Positions 25,708-35,183 of a stretch of DNA of 60,254 nucleotides are shown here, in pieces (position 1 is the stretch's first letter; the number at the start of each line of letters is the position of its first letter). The stretch lies in NCBI GenBank assembly GCA_044225365.1, contig JBGAIQ010000031.1, positions 1 to 60,254 on the forward strand, written 5' to 3'. Below the pieces are notes generated by a model, which was given only the letters and a program-made list of their open reading frames with translations, was not told where the DNA came from and made no database searches. The DNA is from Planctomycetota bacterium. Its GTDB lineage: Bacteria; Planctomycetota; B15-G4; JADJEK01. The translations under genes were made by a program, and so were the position numbers.

Positions 25708-27207
25708 TCATTTCGACGAAGGACCTCGAGCTCCGACGTTCAAGTCGCAGCGCTGCATCAACTCCGCGATCCGAGCGCGGTCTTCGGTGCCGAAGCCCCG
25801 CGTCGTCGCCGCGATCGATCGCGCGCGCAGCAGATGTCGTCGTGCATCGTCGACGCGGCGGACGTTCAAGTACAGCGCTCCGAGGGTCATCCGCATCCGG
25901 CCTTCGGTCTCCGCGCCAATGTCCTTCGCGCCTTCGAGCCGCTGTGCAGCGGCATCGAGGGCCGCGACGAGGGCGACCTCGGAACCGGAGGAGCGCGCGA
26001 GGTCCTCGATCCAGCGCGCCGCCATCGCCGCCTGAGCATGGGCTCGCCAACCCGTTCGCGCCTCCTCGCGGGACGCCACGAGGCCGCGATACAGACCGAC
26101 CCCTCCGATCGCCAGGCACATCAGGGCCATCGCGCACGCGCTCGCTGCCACGGGGTTCTTGCGAACGAGGAGGGCGACCCGCCGCAAGGTCGACGGCGGA
26201 CGCGCGGTGATCGGTTCCTTGTCGCAAAAGCGCTGGACGTCCGCTGCGAGTTCGGCGACGGACGGGTAGCGCCGATCCGGGTCGAGCCTCAGCGCCTTCG
26301 CGACGATCGCGTCGAAGTCCCCGCGCAAGGCCTTTGGATCGATCGGATCCACGACTGCGTTACTCGGCGCGACGAACTCGCGGTCGGTTTCGCCTTTGAA
26401 GGGTCGTTCGTTCGTCGCGAGCTCGTAGAGCACGACCCCGAGACTGAACACATCGGTTGCGGTCGAAAGCACGTCTCCCCGCAGTTGCTCGGGACTCGCG
26501 TAGCCGGGAGTGAGCGCCGCGACACCGCTCGTCGGATCGTCTTGCAGCCGCGCGATACCGAAATCGAGCAACTGCGGAATTCCCTCGCGGGTGATCAGGA
26601 TGTTGGCGGGCTTCAGATCACAATGCACCACGAGGCGCTCGTGCGCGTGGGAAACCGCTGAGCAGATGGAGACGAAGAGTCGAAGGCGGGGAATCAGGGC
26701 GAGTCCGACGACGTGACGGTCGAGGGTCACTCCATCGATCAGCTTGGTCACGAGGAAGGGTCGTTCGTCGGGCAGGATCCCAACATCGACGAGAGGAACG
26801 ATGTACGGATGGTTGAGCTGAGCGAGCATCCGGCGCTCGCGTTCGAATCTGCGCTCGAGTTCCGCAGGCGGGCCGCAGCGTTTCAGGACCTTCACCGCCA
26901 CTCGCCAATCGATCGCGCCGCCGTCGCGTCTCCCACGATAGACCTGCCCGGTTCCGCCGAACGCGACCCGTTCCTCGAGGATCCACGGACCGGCGGCGTG
27001 ACCCGCGAGATCGCTCTCGATGGCGGGGCAGTCGAGGAATCCGGGCGCGGAATTCCAGGCGTCGAGGAGTTCGCGGGCGCTCTTGGCGAGCGCTTTGTCC
27101 TCGGCTTCGATGGCTCGTAGCCGTGCCGGTCGGTCCGTGGGCGGAAGAGCGATGAGTTCGTCGAAGAGCCGCTCGAGCCTTTGAGCCTCCGTGGTGGAGG
27201 TCGTCAC
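25708..27207 (-). CDS. Membrane Ser/Thr protein kinase with a C-terminal TPR-like domain
   Basis: FGGTGQV, VAVK, HCDLKPAN, DFG, TPGYASPE, DVFSLG, TM helix. GTGA overlap with the sigma gene. Confidence 0.95.
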   Translation of the reverse strand: MTTSTTEAQRLERLFDELIALPPTDRPARLRAIEAEDKALAKSARELLDAWNSAPGFLDCPAIESDLAGHAAGPWILEERVAFGGTGQVYRGRRDGGAIDWRVAVKVLKRCGPPAELERRFERERRMLAQLNHPYIVPLVDVGILPDERPFLVTKLIDGVTLDRHVVGLALIPRLRLFVSICSAVSHAHERLVVHCDLKPANILITREGIPQLLDFGIARLQDDPTSGVAALTPGYASPEQLRGDVLSTATDVFSLGVVLYELATNERPFKGETDREFVAPSNAVVDPIDPKALRGDFDAIVAKALRLDPDRRYPSVAELAADVQRFCDKEPITARPPSTLRRVALLVRKNPVAASACAMALMCLAIGGVGLYRGLVASREEARTGWRAHAQAAMAARWIEDLARSSGSEVALVAALDAAAQRLEGAKDIGAETEGRMRMTLGALYLNVRRVDDARRHLLRARSIAATTRGFGTEDRARIAELMQRCDLNVGARGPSSK

Positions 27208-27758
27208 GGCGTTCGACTCCGCGCCGTGATCCTTAGGTGGAGGAGAGCCTTCGCGTACTGCCAGCGGCGTTTGATGGTGCGAGCCGAGATCTGCAGCTCC
27301 GCTGCGATCTCGTCGATCTCGAGACCGCCGTAGAAGCGCAGCTCGACGAGTCGAGCGAGTTGGGGATCCGAGGCATGCAGATCGTCGAGCGCTTCCTCGA
27401 GTGCGACGAGATAGGAATCACGGTCGATGTCGCGCGGCTCTGGAACGGCATCGACGGGTACTGTCGCGGTGGGCGAATCGATATTCACACGACGGGCATC
27501 TCCTTCCGCTCGTTTCTTCGCATTGCGACGCCGCGCCAGGTCGACGAGCGTCTCGCGCATGGCGCGCACGACCAGCCCGAGCCCAGCTCCATCGACAGGT
27601 TTCGCAGATCGGTTCAGCTTGAGCCAGGTTTCATGCACCAGATCGGTCGGCGTTTGTGCCGAACGGGAAGACTCCCGCGCGAGACAACGCGCCGCCGCTT
27701 CACGGACCCAGCGATAGGTTCGGGTCGTCCACGGGGAGGACAGTCGGAGGTCGTTCAC
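27204..27758 (-). CDS. ECF sigma factor of the kinase-associated (TIGR02999-like) type
   Basis: QTPTDLVHETW, AMRETLVDLARRRNAKKR, LVELRFYGGL..EIA...SARTIKRRW. Start uncertain (27758 or upstream). Confidence 0.92.
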   Translation of the reverse strand: MNDLRLSSPWTTRTYRWVREAAARCLARESSRSAQTPTDLVHETWLKLNRSAKPVDGAGLGLVVRAMRETLVDLARRRNAKKRAEGDARRVNIDSPTATVPVDAVPEPRDIDRDSYLVALEEALDDLHASDPQLARLVELRFYGGLEIDEIAAELQISARTIKRRWQYAKALLHLRITARSRTP

Positions 27759-28199
27759 GAGTTCAGGCTCTTGCGTTCCTTGTCGACCGTTCACGGTTCG
27801 GGTCGTCCGGCGACCGACTCCGAGCCGCGGATGCATCGATGGACCGCTTCATCGACTCCATTCATCGAGACTCGACGAAGTACGTACCCCGGCCGCGAGA
27901 GTTGGTGGGTCCGTCGATCTCGTTCTCGGAGTGGTCGAGAGGTCCCGACTGGAGTTCCAGGGCGAGATCTTCCCGCTTCGTTCGATTCATGATGCGCTGG
28001 AGAAACGTCGATGAAGACCGTGCCGAATTCCCAAACCGGAGGTCTTCACGACTCTGTCGGTTGCCATCGACGCGGTCCGGATCGAGGGCGCTCACAAAAA
28101 AGGTGAGTGCTCGCGCGAACGTCGTTGCCTCGTTTCGCATGGGGCGCACGAGCTACCGGTTGCTTCCTTCCCATCGCGAATGAGATCGAAGGAACGGCG

Positions 28200-29633
28200 A
28201 TGACGACTCCGTTCCTGCTCATGTTGTGTGTGCTCGGGCAGAGCAGTCCGCCCGTGCCGGACACGCTCGATCTCCATGTGGCGCACATTCGGCGCGTCAG
28301 TGGCTCGTTGTACAACGGAGCCCTGCAGTCTTGGACGCTCGAGCAATTCGTCGCGAATGCGTGGACGCCGTTGAACTCCGGCGACTTCCTCGCGCCGCTA
28401 CCCAAGGTCAAGGCCGGAGCGGTCGACATCTCGGTTCCCGCGAATCAGGCGAGTCTCAGTGCCGGCGTCTCGCGCCTCCGCATCCACCTCTTCCCGCGCG
28501 GCGAGGGCGTCCTCGTTCCGGTGGAACTCGGTTCGGTGCCGTTCGCACTGGTCGTCGGGAACTCGACCGGCAGCGCTGGACCGGTGGGGCCAACGGGGCC
28601 AACGGGGCCAACGGGGCCGACGGGGCCACAGGGTCCGAAGGGCGATCCGGGAGCGGACGGCGCCGCGGGCGCGCCCGGTGCCCAAGGTCCTCCAGGACCC
28701 GCGGGTCAGGACGGAGCGATAGGACCGGCTGGATCCACTGGACCCGCAGGACCGACAGGACCGACAGGACCCGCCGGTCCCGCGGGAGCGGACGGAGCCC
28801 AAGGACCGCCCGGACCTCAAGGTCCGCCGGGGACGGCCGGAACACAGGGTCCCCAAGGCCCCGCCGGCGCCGATGGGGCGCCCGGTGCAACGGGCGCAAC
28901 GGGCGCAACGGGCGCAACGGGCGCGGACGGCGCAACGGGACTGCAAGGCCCTCCGGGCGCGGACGGCGCAACGGGACCGCAGGGACCCGCCGGCGCGCAA
29001 GGTCCTCCGGGTGCGGATGGCGCAACCGGACCGCAAGGTGCCACGGGACCGCAGGGTCCCGCTGGAGCCGACGGCGCAACCGGTCCGCAAGGTCCGGCCG
29101 GCGCGGATGGCGCAACGGGAGCGCAGGGACCCAGCGGACCGCAAGGGCCCGCGGGTTCCGACGGAGCGACCGGTCCTCAGGGCCCCGCCGGTCCCACGGT
29201 TCGCACGCTCGTCACGCTCTCTGCGGACGTCACGAACAACAATGCGGTCGCGAATACGATGGCGAACGTCACCGGTCTCAGCTTCAGCGTGACCGCCGGG
29301 TCGACGTATCGTTTCTACGCCGTCGTTCTCTATACCTCCGCGGCGACGACGACGGGCTCGCGCTGGTCGGTGAGCGGCCCCGCCGCGCCAACGCTCCTCA
29401 GCTACACCTCGCACTACCCGCTCACGGCGACGACGCAGACGACGAACAACGCCTCCGCGTACGACATTCCGGCGGCGTCGAACACGAGCTCCGCTTCGAC
29501 GGCCGGCAACATTGCAACGATCGAGGGCATCGTCACACCCTCCGCGAGCGGAACGCTCACCCTTCGCTTTGCTTCAGAGGTTGCGAATTCGGCGATCACG
29601 GCGAAGGCGGGCAGCACGCTCGAGTGGTGGTGA
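28200..29633 (+). CDS. Secreted collagen-like triple-helix protein with N- and C-terminal beta domains
   Basis: Signal peptide, ~70 uninterrupted Gly-X-Y triplets (28569-29198), Thr/Ser/Ala-rich C1q/BclA-like C-terminal beta domain. Confidence 0.92.
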   Translation: MTTPFLLMLCVLGQSSPPVPDTLDLHVAHIRRVSGSLYNGALQSWTLEQFVANAWTPLNSGDFLAPLPKVKAGAVDISVPANQASLSAGVSRLRIHLFPRGEGVLVPVELGSVPFALVVGNSTGSAGPVGPTGPTGPTGPTGPQGPKGDPGADGAAGAPGAQGPPGPAGQDGAIGPAGSTGPAGPTGPTGPAGPAGADGAQGPPGPQGPPGTAGTQGPQGPAGADGAPGATGATGATGATGADGATGLQGPPGADGATGPQGPAGAQGPPGADGATGPQGATGPQGPAGADGATGPQGPAGADGATGAQGPSGPQGPAGSDGATGPQGPAGPTVRTLVTLSADVTNNNAVANTMANVTGLSFSVTAGSTYRFYAVVLYTSAATTTGSRWSVSGPAAPTLLSYTSHYPLTATTQTTNNASAYDIPAASNTSSASTAGNIATIEGIVTPSASGTLTLRFASEVANSAITAKAGSTLEWW

Positions 29634-29740
29634 TCCCTAGGGCCTCGCCTTCGCGCCTCCTCGCATCGAATGCACCCTGCCGATCCGGCCCGGCCGCAGT
29701 CCATTCCGAATCGTGAACGGCTCTCTAGACTCCACGATCG

Positions 29741-30859
29741 ATGATCGACGATTCCTCCCGCAGCCCGCCGAGCAAGGAGACTCGCGGCGTATCGACCGCG
29801 CAGATCGTCTTGCCCGGAGAACCCTTCGACGCCACGCTCGCGTTCTTCCGTGATCGACTTCGTTTTCGACTCGATGAGATCTTCCCCGCCGATCGGCCGC
29901 GAGTCGCGGTCGTCTCGCGACCCGGACTCGCGGTCCGGCTCGATGCCGCGTTCGAGGGTGCGCCTGGCGTCTTGCGGATCGTGGTGGACTCGCGCGCGGG
30001 CGGCGGCTCGAACGTCGTCGAGGCGCCCAACGGCACGCGCATCGAATGGGTCGAGCGCGAATCGTCGATGTTCGTCCCGCCACTTTCTCCCGAACTCGTC
30101 GTGACCCGACACGGCGCATCGCGGGACGGACGCGAGTGGAACGTGGGACGCGCGGGAATGCGGTATCGCGATCTGCTCCCAAGTCGCCTCGGAGGGCGAT
30201 TCATCGCATCGCACATCCACATCCCCGGCAGCGGACCGGTGCCGGACCACCCGCACTATCACGACGTCCGATTCCAGATGATCTTCTGCCATCGCGGCAG
30301 CGTTCGCGTCGCGTACGAGGAACAAGGAGAGACGTTCACGATGCACGCCGGAGACTGCGTACTCCAGCCGCCGCGAATCCGCCATCGCGTGGTGGAGAGT
30401 CGCGACGATCTCGAAGTGATCGAGATCGCCTGTCCCGCCGAACACGTGACCTACCTCGATCACGCGATGACGTTGCCGAATGCGGACGCGAATCCGGAGA
30501 CGGAGTGGTCGGGACAGCGCTTCCTCCGACACGTCGCGGCGAACGCCACGTGGGAGCCGTATCGAGTGCCGGGATTCTCTTTTCGCGACACCGGCATGAG
30601 CGCAGCGACGCGCGGCCTCGCGGCGTGTCGGATCGTGCGAGCGGCGTCGGGGGTCGCTTCATTTCGATCGGTTGCGATGGGGGAGCTGACGTTTCATTTC
30701 GTTCGCACGGGTCATCTCACGCTGCGGTGCGCCGGTCGCGATGAGTCGCTCGGAGCGGGCGACGCCTTCGCGATCCCGGCAGGCGTCCGCTACGAGTTTG
30801 CGGCGATCTCGAACGACCTCGAATGGATCGAGGTGATGCTGCCTGCCATCGCGTCGTGA
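29741..30859 (+). CDS. Multi-domain cupin protein (VOC-like N-terminus plus two cupins)
   Basis: GRAGMRYRDL, PDHPHYHDVRFQMIFC, GDCVLQPPRIRHR, second cupin LGAGDAFAIP. Confidence 0.85.
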   Translation: MIDDSSRSPPSKETRGVSTAQIVLPGEPFDATLAFFRDRLRFRLDEIFPADRPRVAVVSRPGLAVRLDAAFEGAPGVLRIVVDSRAGGGSNVVEAPNGTRIEWVERESSMFVPPLSPELVVTRHGASRDGREWNVGRAGMRYRDLLPSRLGGRFIASHIHIPGSGPVPDHPHYHDVRFQMIFCHRGSVRVAYEEQGETFTMHAGDCVLQPPRIRHRVVESRDDLEVIEIACPAEHVTYLDHAMTLPNADANPETEWSGQRFLRHVAANATWEPYRVPGFSFRDTGMSAATRGLAACRIVRAASGVASFRSVAMGELTFHFVRTGHLTLRCAGRDESLGAGDAFAIPAGVRYEFAAISNDLEWIEVMLPAIAS

Positions 30860-30949
30860 GTTCATTTAAGGCTGCGAGAGCGTGCGGGGTCGTTCGACTC
30901 CTCGCACGCTTCGCTCGCCCGTCTCGGGAAGAAACGACTCTCTACGCGA

Positions 30950-31315
30950 TCAGTTCCAGTACGGCTTCGCGTGGTAGTACGCGTAGGTGTCACGATGGAA
31001 CGTCGAGTCGGCGAAGTCTGGCCACTTGTCCTTGTCGAAGCCGGGCGCTCTCTCGAGTCGGTCCTTGTCGATGTCGAGGATGAAGCACTCGCGAGTAGTG
31101 TCGACCTGCAGAGCCGACCACGGTACTGCGAACAGCTTGTCTCCGAGTCCGAGGAACCCACCGAACGAGAGGACCGCGTACGCGACGCGCCCGTCGACGA
31201 TGTCGATCATGAGTTCTTTGATCTCGCCGAGGTCTTCGCCGGCTCTGTTCTTGACGGAATCTCCAGCAAGTGTGCTGGCGGAGAGACAGCGTGGATGTTT
31301 CGTGGTCGCGAGCAT
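30950..31315 (-). CDS. PRC-barrel domain protein
   Basis: AAGGAG RBS. GEDLGEIKELMID...YAVLSFGGFLGLGDKLFAVPW. Confidence 0.92.
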   Translation of the reverse strand: MLATTKHPRCLSASTLAGDSVKNRAGEDLGEIKELMIDIVDGRVAYAVLSFGGFLGLGDKLFAVPWSALQVDTTRECFILDIDKDRLERAPGFDKDKWPDFADSTFHRDTYAYYHAKPYWN

Positions 31316-31773
31316 GGGAATCTCCTTCAGAGGAATGACGAGAACGGGGATAGCGAGCTCGAAACGCAACGAGTCGAGCCGTCGCTCTTCGCATGAAGCG
31401 ATACGTTCGAGAGGACCTCGACCGTTCGATGGGCCTCTGAGCAAGACCCGTACCGTCGCCGAACGATCGGTTCGGCGCGTCCGCTTCCTTCGATCGTCAG
31501 CCGCTTGCAGAGCTCGATCTCTTCCCATTCGGCAATTGCGTACTCGCGATGGAGCTCGCGCTGCGTCGTGATCGGGTGCCGCGCTTCATGGGTCGATTCT
31601 GCAAACGCGAAAGAGGGCTGGAAGATCTGGGACAGGGACTCGAGGCACGGCGTGATGTGCGACGCGCTTGCGCTTGTCCACTCACGGCCCCCCGCGTTCC
31701 TCGAATTGGCTCGGCGCGTGCGTTCGCTCCGTCCATGGACTCCAATTCCCCAAATCGCGAAGGACCGAATCCC

Positions 31774-32130
31774 ATGGAACGCAAGTACGACGGCAACGAA
31801 CTGAACAAGGACAAGCCCGCGAACGACAAGAACGCCGCGAAGCCCCAAGCGGGGCATGTCGACTCGGCGAAGCCGAACGCTGCCGGTGGTAAGTCGGGAG
31901 AGAAGATCTCGACGGAGGTTCAAACCGACCGCCTCGTGAACGAAGGCGGTCCGTCGAGGCCGAGTGATTCCCAACCGAAGGCTCCCGCGAAGTCCCCTGC
32001 GAGCGCGAACGTGCAGAACCCTGCCGAATCGCAGGGAAACTCGAAGCCGAGCGGTCGCGACACTCGCGACGCGAAGGACGGCAACGCGCAACCGATGAAG
32101 AAGCCGAAGTCGAACTCCGCCGAGTCGTGA
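31774..32130 (+). CDS. Small hydrophilic, probably disordered protein (hydrophilin-like)
   Basis: AAGGA RBS. K/D/N/S/P/G-rich with almost no hydrophobic residues. Lies between stress genes. Confidence 0.6.
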   Translation: MERKYDGNELNKDKPANDKNAAKPQAGHVDSAKPNAAGGKSGEKISTEVQTDRLVNEGGPSRPSDSQPKAPAKSPASANVQNPAESQGNSKPSGRDTRDAKDGNAQPMKKPKSNSAES

Positions 32131-32310
32131 AACCGTCGTGAGGCACGGGGCGAATCGCGGACGGTCGCGCCGCTCGCGATTCGTTCGCCTTCGTCCGTTC
32201 CTCGAGGACGGTGCTACTCATCCGGTATCGAACGACCCGCGTCGATGTCGAATCGGTCCCAGGACCTCGCAGCAGAACTCTCGCAACGAATCCAGCCATG
32301 GAGATCACGA

Positions 32311-32859
32311 ATGTCGAAGAAGCCGTTTCTCACCAGCGTCAAGAAGCTCCGCGAGCGTGCTCGCAAGCACATCGAACGCGGTGCGATCACGCCGGGGTAT
32401 CAGGGCGATCCGAAAGCCGTGATCGAGTTGCTGAACGTCGCGCTCGCGACCGAGATCGTCTGCGTCCTGCGGTACAAGCGGCATTACTACATGGCGACGG
32501 GACTCTCGGCGCAGAGCGTCGCCGATGAGTTCCTCGCCCATGCGAACGAAGAGCAGGTCCACGCCGATCAACTCGCCGCTCGAATCGTCCAACTCGGCGG
32601 TGCCCCGGACCTAGCGCCCGACGGACTCACCACGAAGTCTCATTCGGAGTACGTCGAGGGCGACAGCCTGGTCGAGATGATCCGTGAAGACCTGATCGCC
32701 GAGCGCATCGCGATCGACAGCTATGCGGAGATGATCCGCTTCGTCGGCGAGGACGACACCACGACGCGGCGTCTCCTCGAGAGCATCCTCGCGATGGAGG
32801 AAGAGCACGCGGAAGATCTTGCGTCGCTCCTCGTGCGCTACTCGAAGGACGATTCCTGA
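32311..32859 (+). CDS. Ferritin-like / bacterioferritin-related (DpsL-type) protein
   Basis: LNVALATEIVCVLRYKRH, EEQVHAD, EDLIAERIAI and EEEHAEDL di-iron motifs. GGAG RBS. Confidence 0.9.
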   Translation: MSKKPFLTSVKKLRERARKHIERGAITPGYQGDPKAVIELLNVALATEIVCVLRYKRHYYMATGLSAQSVADEFLAHANEEQVHADQLAARIVQLGGAPDLAPDGLTTKSHSEYVEGDSLVEMIREDLIAERIAIDSYAEMIRFVGEDDTTTRRLLESILAMEEEHAEDLASLLVRYSKDDS

Positions 32860-32862
32860 GTC

Positions 32863-33807
32863 CTACTTGACGGCCTTCTGCGGCGACGCCGCGCGCAACG
32901 ACTCGACGAGCCGCGCGCGCGCGGCATCGTCGAATCCCACTTGCGAGAGCATCGCGCTGAATGCATCGATCTCTTCGCTCGAGCCCGGATAACCGAGATT
33001 CCCCTTCGGCAGGTCGCTCGTGACGAGAGCCTTGCCTTCCGCGTCGAGGAACACGAACCAGGGGATGCCGTCGTTCTTTGCGCCGCGGTAGCGCGTCATG
33101 ACGGCGTCGCCGTGCGTCATCCGTTCGATGTCGATCTTGACTTCGATCGCCCGCGATTCGAAGTCTTTCGCGACGGCTTCCGTGGCGAGCCATCCGTCGA
33201 GCTTGCGGCACCAGCCGCACCATGGCGCTCCGAAATGGGCGAAGACGACTCTCTTCTCGGCCTTCGCCTTGGCGATCGCCGTGGCCAGCACGGTTTCCGC
33301 ATCGAGGGGCGGCGCCTTGTGCTCCTTCAAGAATGCGACGACCTTGGCGGGATCATGATGGTCGCCGACCTCGAGCGGTCCGGTTGCTTGCTGATGGATC
33401 GGCTTGCCGTCGGAATCGAGGACCGTGAGGTAGGGGATTCCGGCGTTCTCGAAGGAGGCGCCGAGCTTCGCCGCGAGCGCCATGTTGGTGTCGGTCGCCT
33501 TCATGTGGCCGACGTCGACGAGCACGACCTCGTACTCGTAAAGAAACTCCTTCTGGATGTCGGGGTCCTTTGCGCAGAGGTCATGGAGCTTGTGGCACCA
33601 GCCGCACCAATTCGCTCCCCATTGCACGAGGACTCGCTTGTTGTCCTTCTTCGCCCGAGCGACCGCGTCTGCGATCTGCTGAGAGGCATTCGCGCTCTCG
33701 TCGTAGATGTTCGTCGAGCGTTGTTTCGCCGTGGGTTCGTCGGCGTGCGATCGCATCGCGATGGGAACGAGGAGGATCGCTGCGAGGGCGAAAGGGTGGA
33801 AGCGCAT
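32863..33807 (-). CDS. Exported tandem two-domain thioredoxin protein
   Basis: Signal peptide, two WCGWC motifs, two GIP cis-Pro loops. Confidence 0.9.
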   Translation of the reverse strand: MRFHPFALAAILLVPIAMRSHADEPTAKQRSTNIYDESANASQQIADAVARAKKDNKRVLVQWGANWCGWCHKLHDLCAKDPDIQKEFLYEYEVVLVDVGHMKATDTNMALAAKLGASFENAGIPYLTVLDSDGKPIHQQATGPLEVGDHHDPAKVVAFLKEHKAPPLDAETVLATAIAKAKAEKRVVFAHFGAPWCGWCRKLDGWLATEAVAKDFESRAIEVKIDIERMTHGDAVMTRYRGAKNDGIPWFVFLDAEGKALVTSDLPKGNLGYPGSSEEIDAFSAMLSQVGFDDAARARLVESLRAASPQKAVK

Positions 33808-34002
33808 GGGTACTCCATCTTGGCAGCGGCGCGAAGGCGCACATTCTATCGAATTCGTTCCGAAGCGGTGCGGCATCCGATCCGGACGAGCAGGGGCAAG
33901 AAAGACAAGACCGATCGCGACGCGGGAGCGTGGCGATCGGTCGGGGTCGAGTCGCTGAGCCCGCGTGGCATTCCTGCCGGCGCGCCGCACGCTCGCTCCT
34001 GC

Positions 34003-34080
34003 TTACTTCTTCTTGCCCTTCGCGGCATCCTTCTTCGGCTTCTTCGTCTCGCGCTTCTGGGCGCCTCGGTCCTTGGACAT
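34003..34080 (-). CDS. 25-aa Lys-rich small protein MSKDRGAQKRETKKPKKDAAKGKKK
   Basis: GGAGG RBS 5 nt before the ATG, TAA stop, strong AAG codon use. Confidence 0.65.
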   Translation of the reverse strand: MSKDRGAQKRETKKPKKDAAKGKKK

Positions 34081-34334
34081 GGTTGCCTCCAGTGGGGGTT
34101 CTCGAGTTTCGTATCGCTCCGCATTCGAACGACTCGCGAGTACGGTGTCCATCGTCGTCACGCGAATTGCACCGAAGGGGGACGATCCAAGCAGCGTATC
34201 GGGCGACGAGTTCGGCTGCATGTTATGGTCGAGTCTCGCGGCTTCGTGCATTGCATGAATCGTCGCTCGCGCTGCGAGCGACGCGGCGCACGCCGCTGCA
34301 GATTGGACGAAAGAAGAGAGTCGCGGAGTTGCGT

Positions 34335-35126
34335 ATGCGTTGGATCCATGGCGGTTCTCGAATCGCGGGCGCGGGGCTCGCCGCGTTCCTCTCTCTCGCG
34401 AGCGCCTGCTCGGACGACCACGTCTCGTCCTCCGCGGGCGTCTTCGGTGCGGCGTGCGTCCGAGCCGCGGAGCAGAAGAAGATCGTCGTCGTCGACTTCT
34501 TCACGACGTGGTGCGGGCCGTGCAAGAAGCTCGACGAGATCACGTGGCCGGACGAGAGTGTGAAGCAGTGGATCGCGGAGAACGCGATCTTCGTGAAGGT
34601 GGACGCGGAGAAGGATGTCGCTCTCGCCAGTCGATTCGAGGTCCAGGGCTATCCGACGATCCTGCTCGCGAAGTCCGACGGTCAGGTGATCGACCGTATC
34701 GTCGGGTACAAGAGTCCGAGCGAGTTCCTCGACGCGGCGAAGCAGGCGCTCGCTGGCAAGGACTCCCTGGTGCGGGCGAACGCCAAGGTCGACGCGGCGC
34801 CGCAGGACCCGATGGTGCGGATGGAGCGCGCACGAGCGTTGGCGGAGAAGGGCGAGAAGCAGCAAGCTCTCGACGACTACCTGTGGTGCTACGACCATGG
34901 GTGCGAGAACAGTCCCGCCTTCGTTGGAGTTCGCGTCTCCTTCCTTGTCGCCGACATCGCGGCTCTCGGCCGAAGCTACCCTCCCGCGATGGACGCGCTG
35001 CGTACGCGGCGGGACGCGGCGGAGAAGGCTTCGCACTCGAGCGATGCCGCGGAGGGTAGGCGCGGCGCCGCCGACCTCGCTTCGCTCGACCGCATGCTCG
35101 AAGCGATGAAGATCACCTTCAAGTGA
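34335..35126 (+). CDS. Thioredoxin-family probable lipoprotein with a TPR-like C-terminus
   Basis: LASAC lipobox-like site, DFFTTWCGPC, GYPT. Start uncertain. Confidence 0.82.
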   Translation: MRWIHGGSRIAGAGLAAFLSLASACSDDHVSSSAGVFGAACVRAAEQKKIVVVDFFTTWCGPCKKLDEITWPDESVKQWIAENAIFVKVDAEKDVALASRFEVQGYPTILLAKSDGQVIDRIVGYKSPSEFLDAAKQALAGKDSLVRANAKVDAAPQDPMVRMERARALAEKGEKQQALDDYLWCYDHGCENSPAFVGVRVSFLVADIAALGRSYPPAMDALRTRRDAAEKASHSSDAAEGRRGAADLASLDRMLEAMKITFK

Positions 35127-35150
35127 GCGGTCGCCGCGCTCCGGGCACGC

Positions 35151-35168
35151 GGGGGCTCACGAGCCCCC
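35151..35168. terminator. Hairpin between convergent genes
   Basis: GGGGGCTC-AC-GAGCCCCC. Confidence 0.45.
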
Positions 35169-35183
35169 AAGGACGGCAATCCT

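Noticed and set aside
34156-34170. Sigma-54 promoter (GTCACGCGAATTGCA)
   Set aside because: Lacks the invariant GG at -24.
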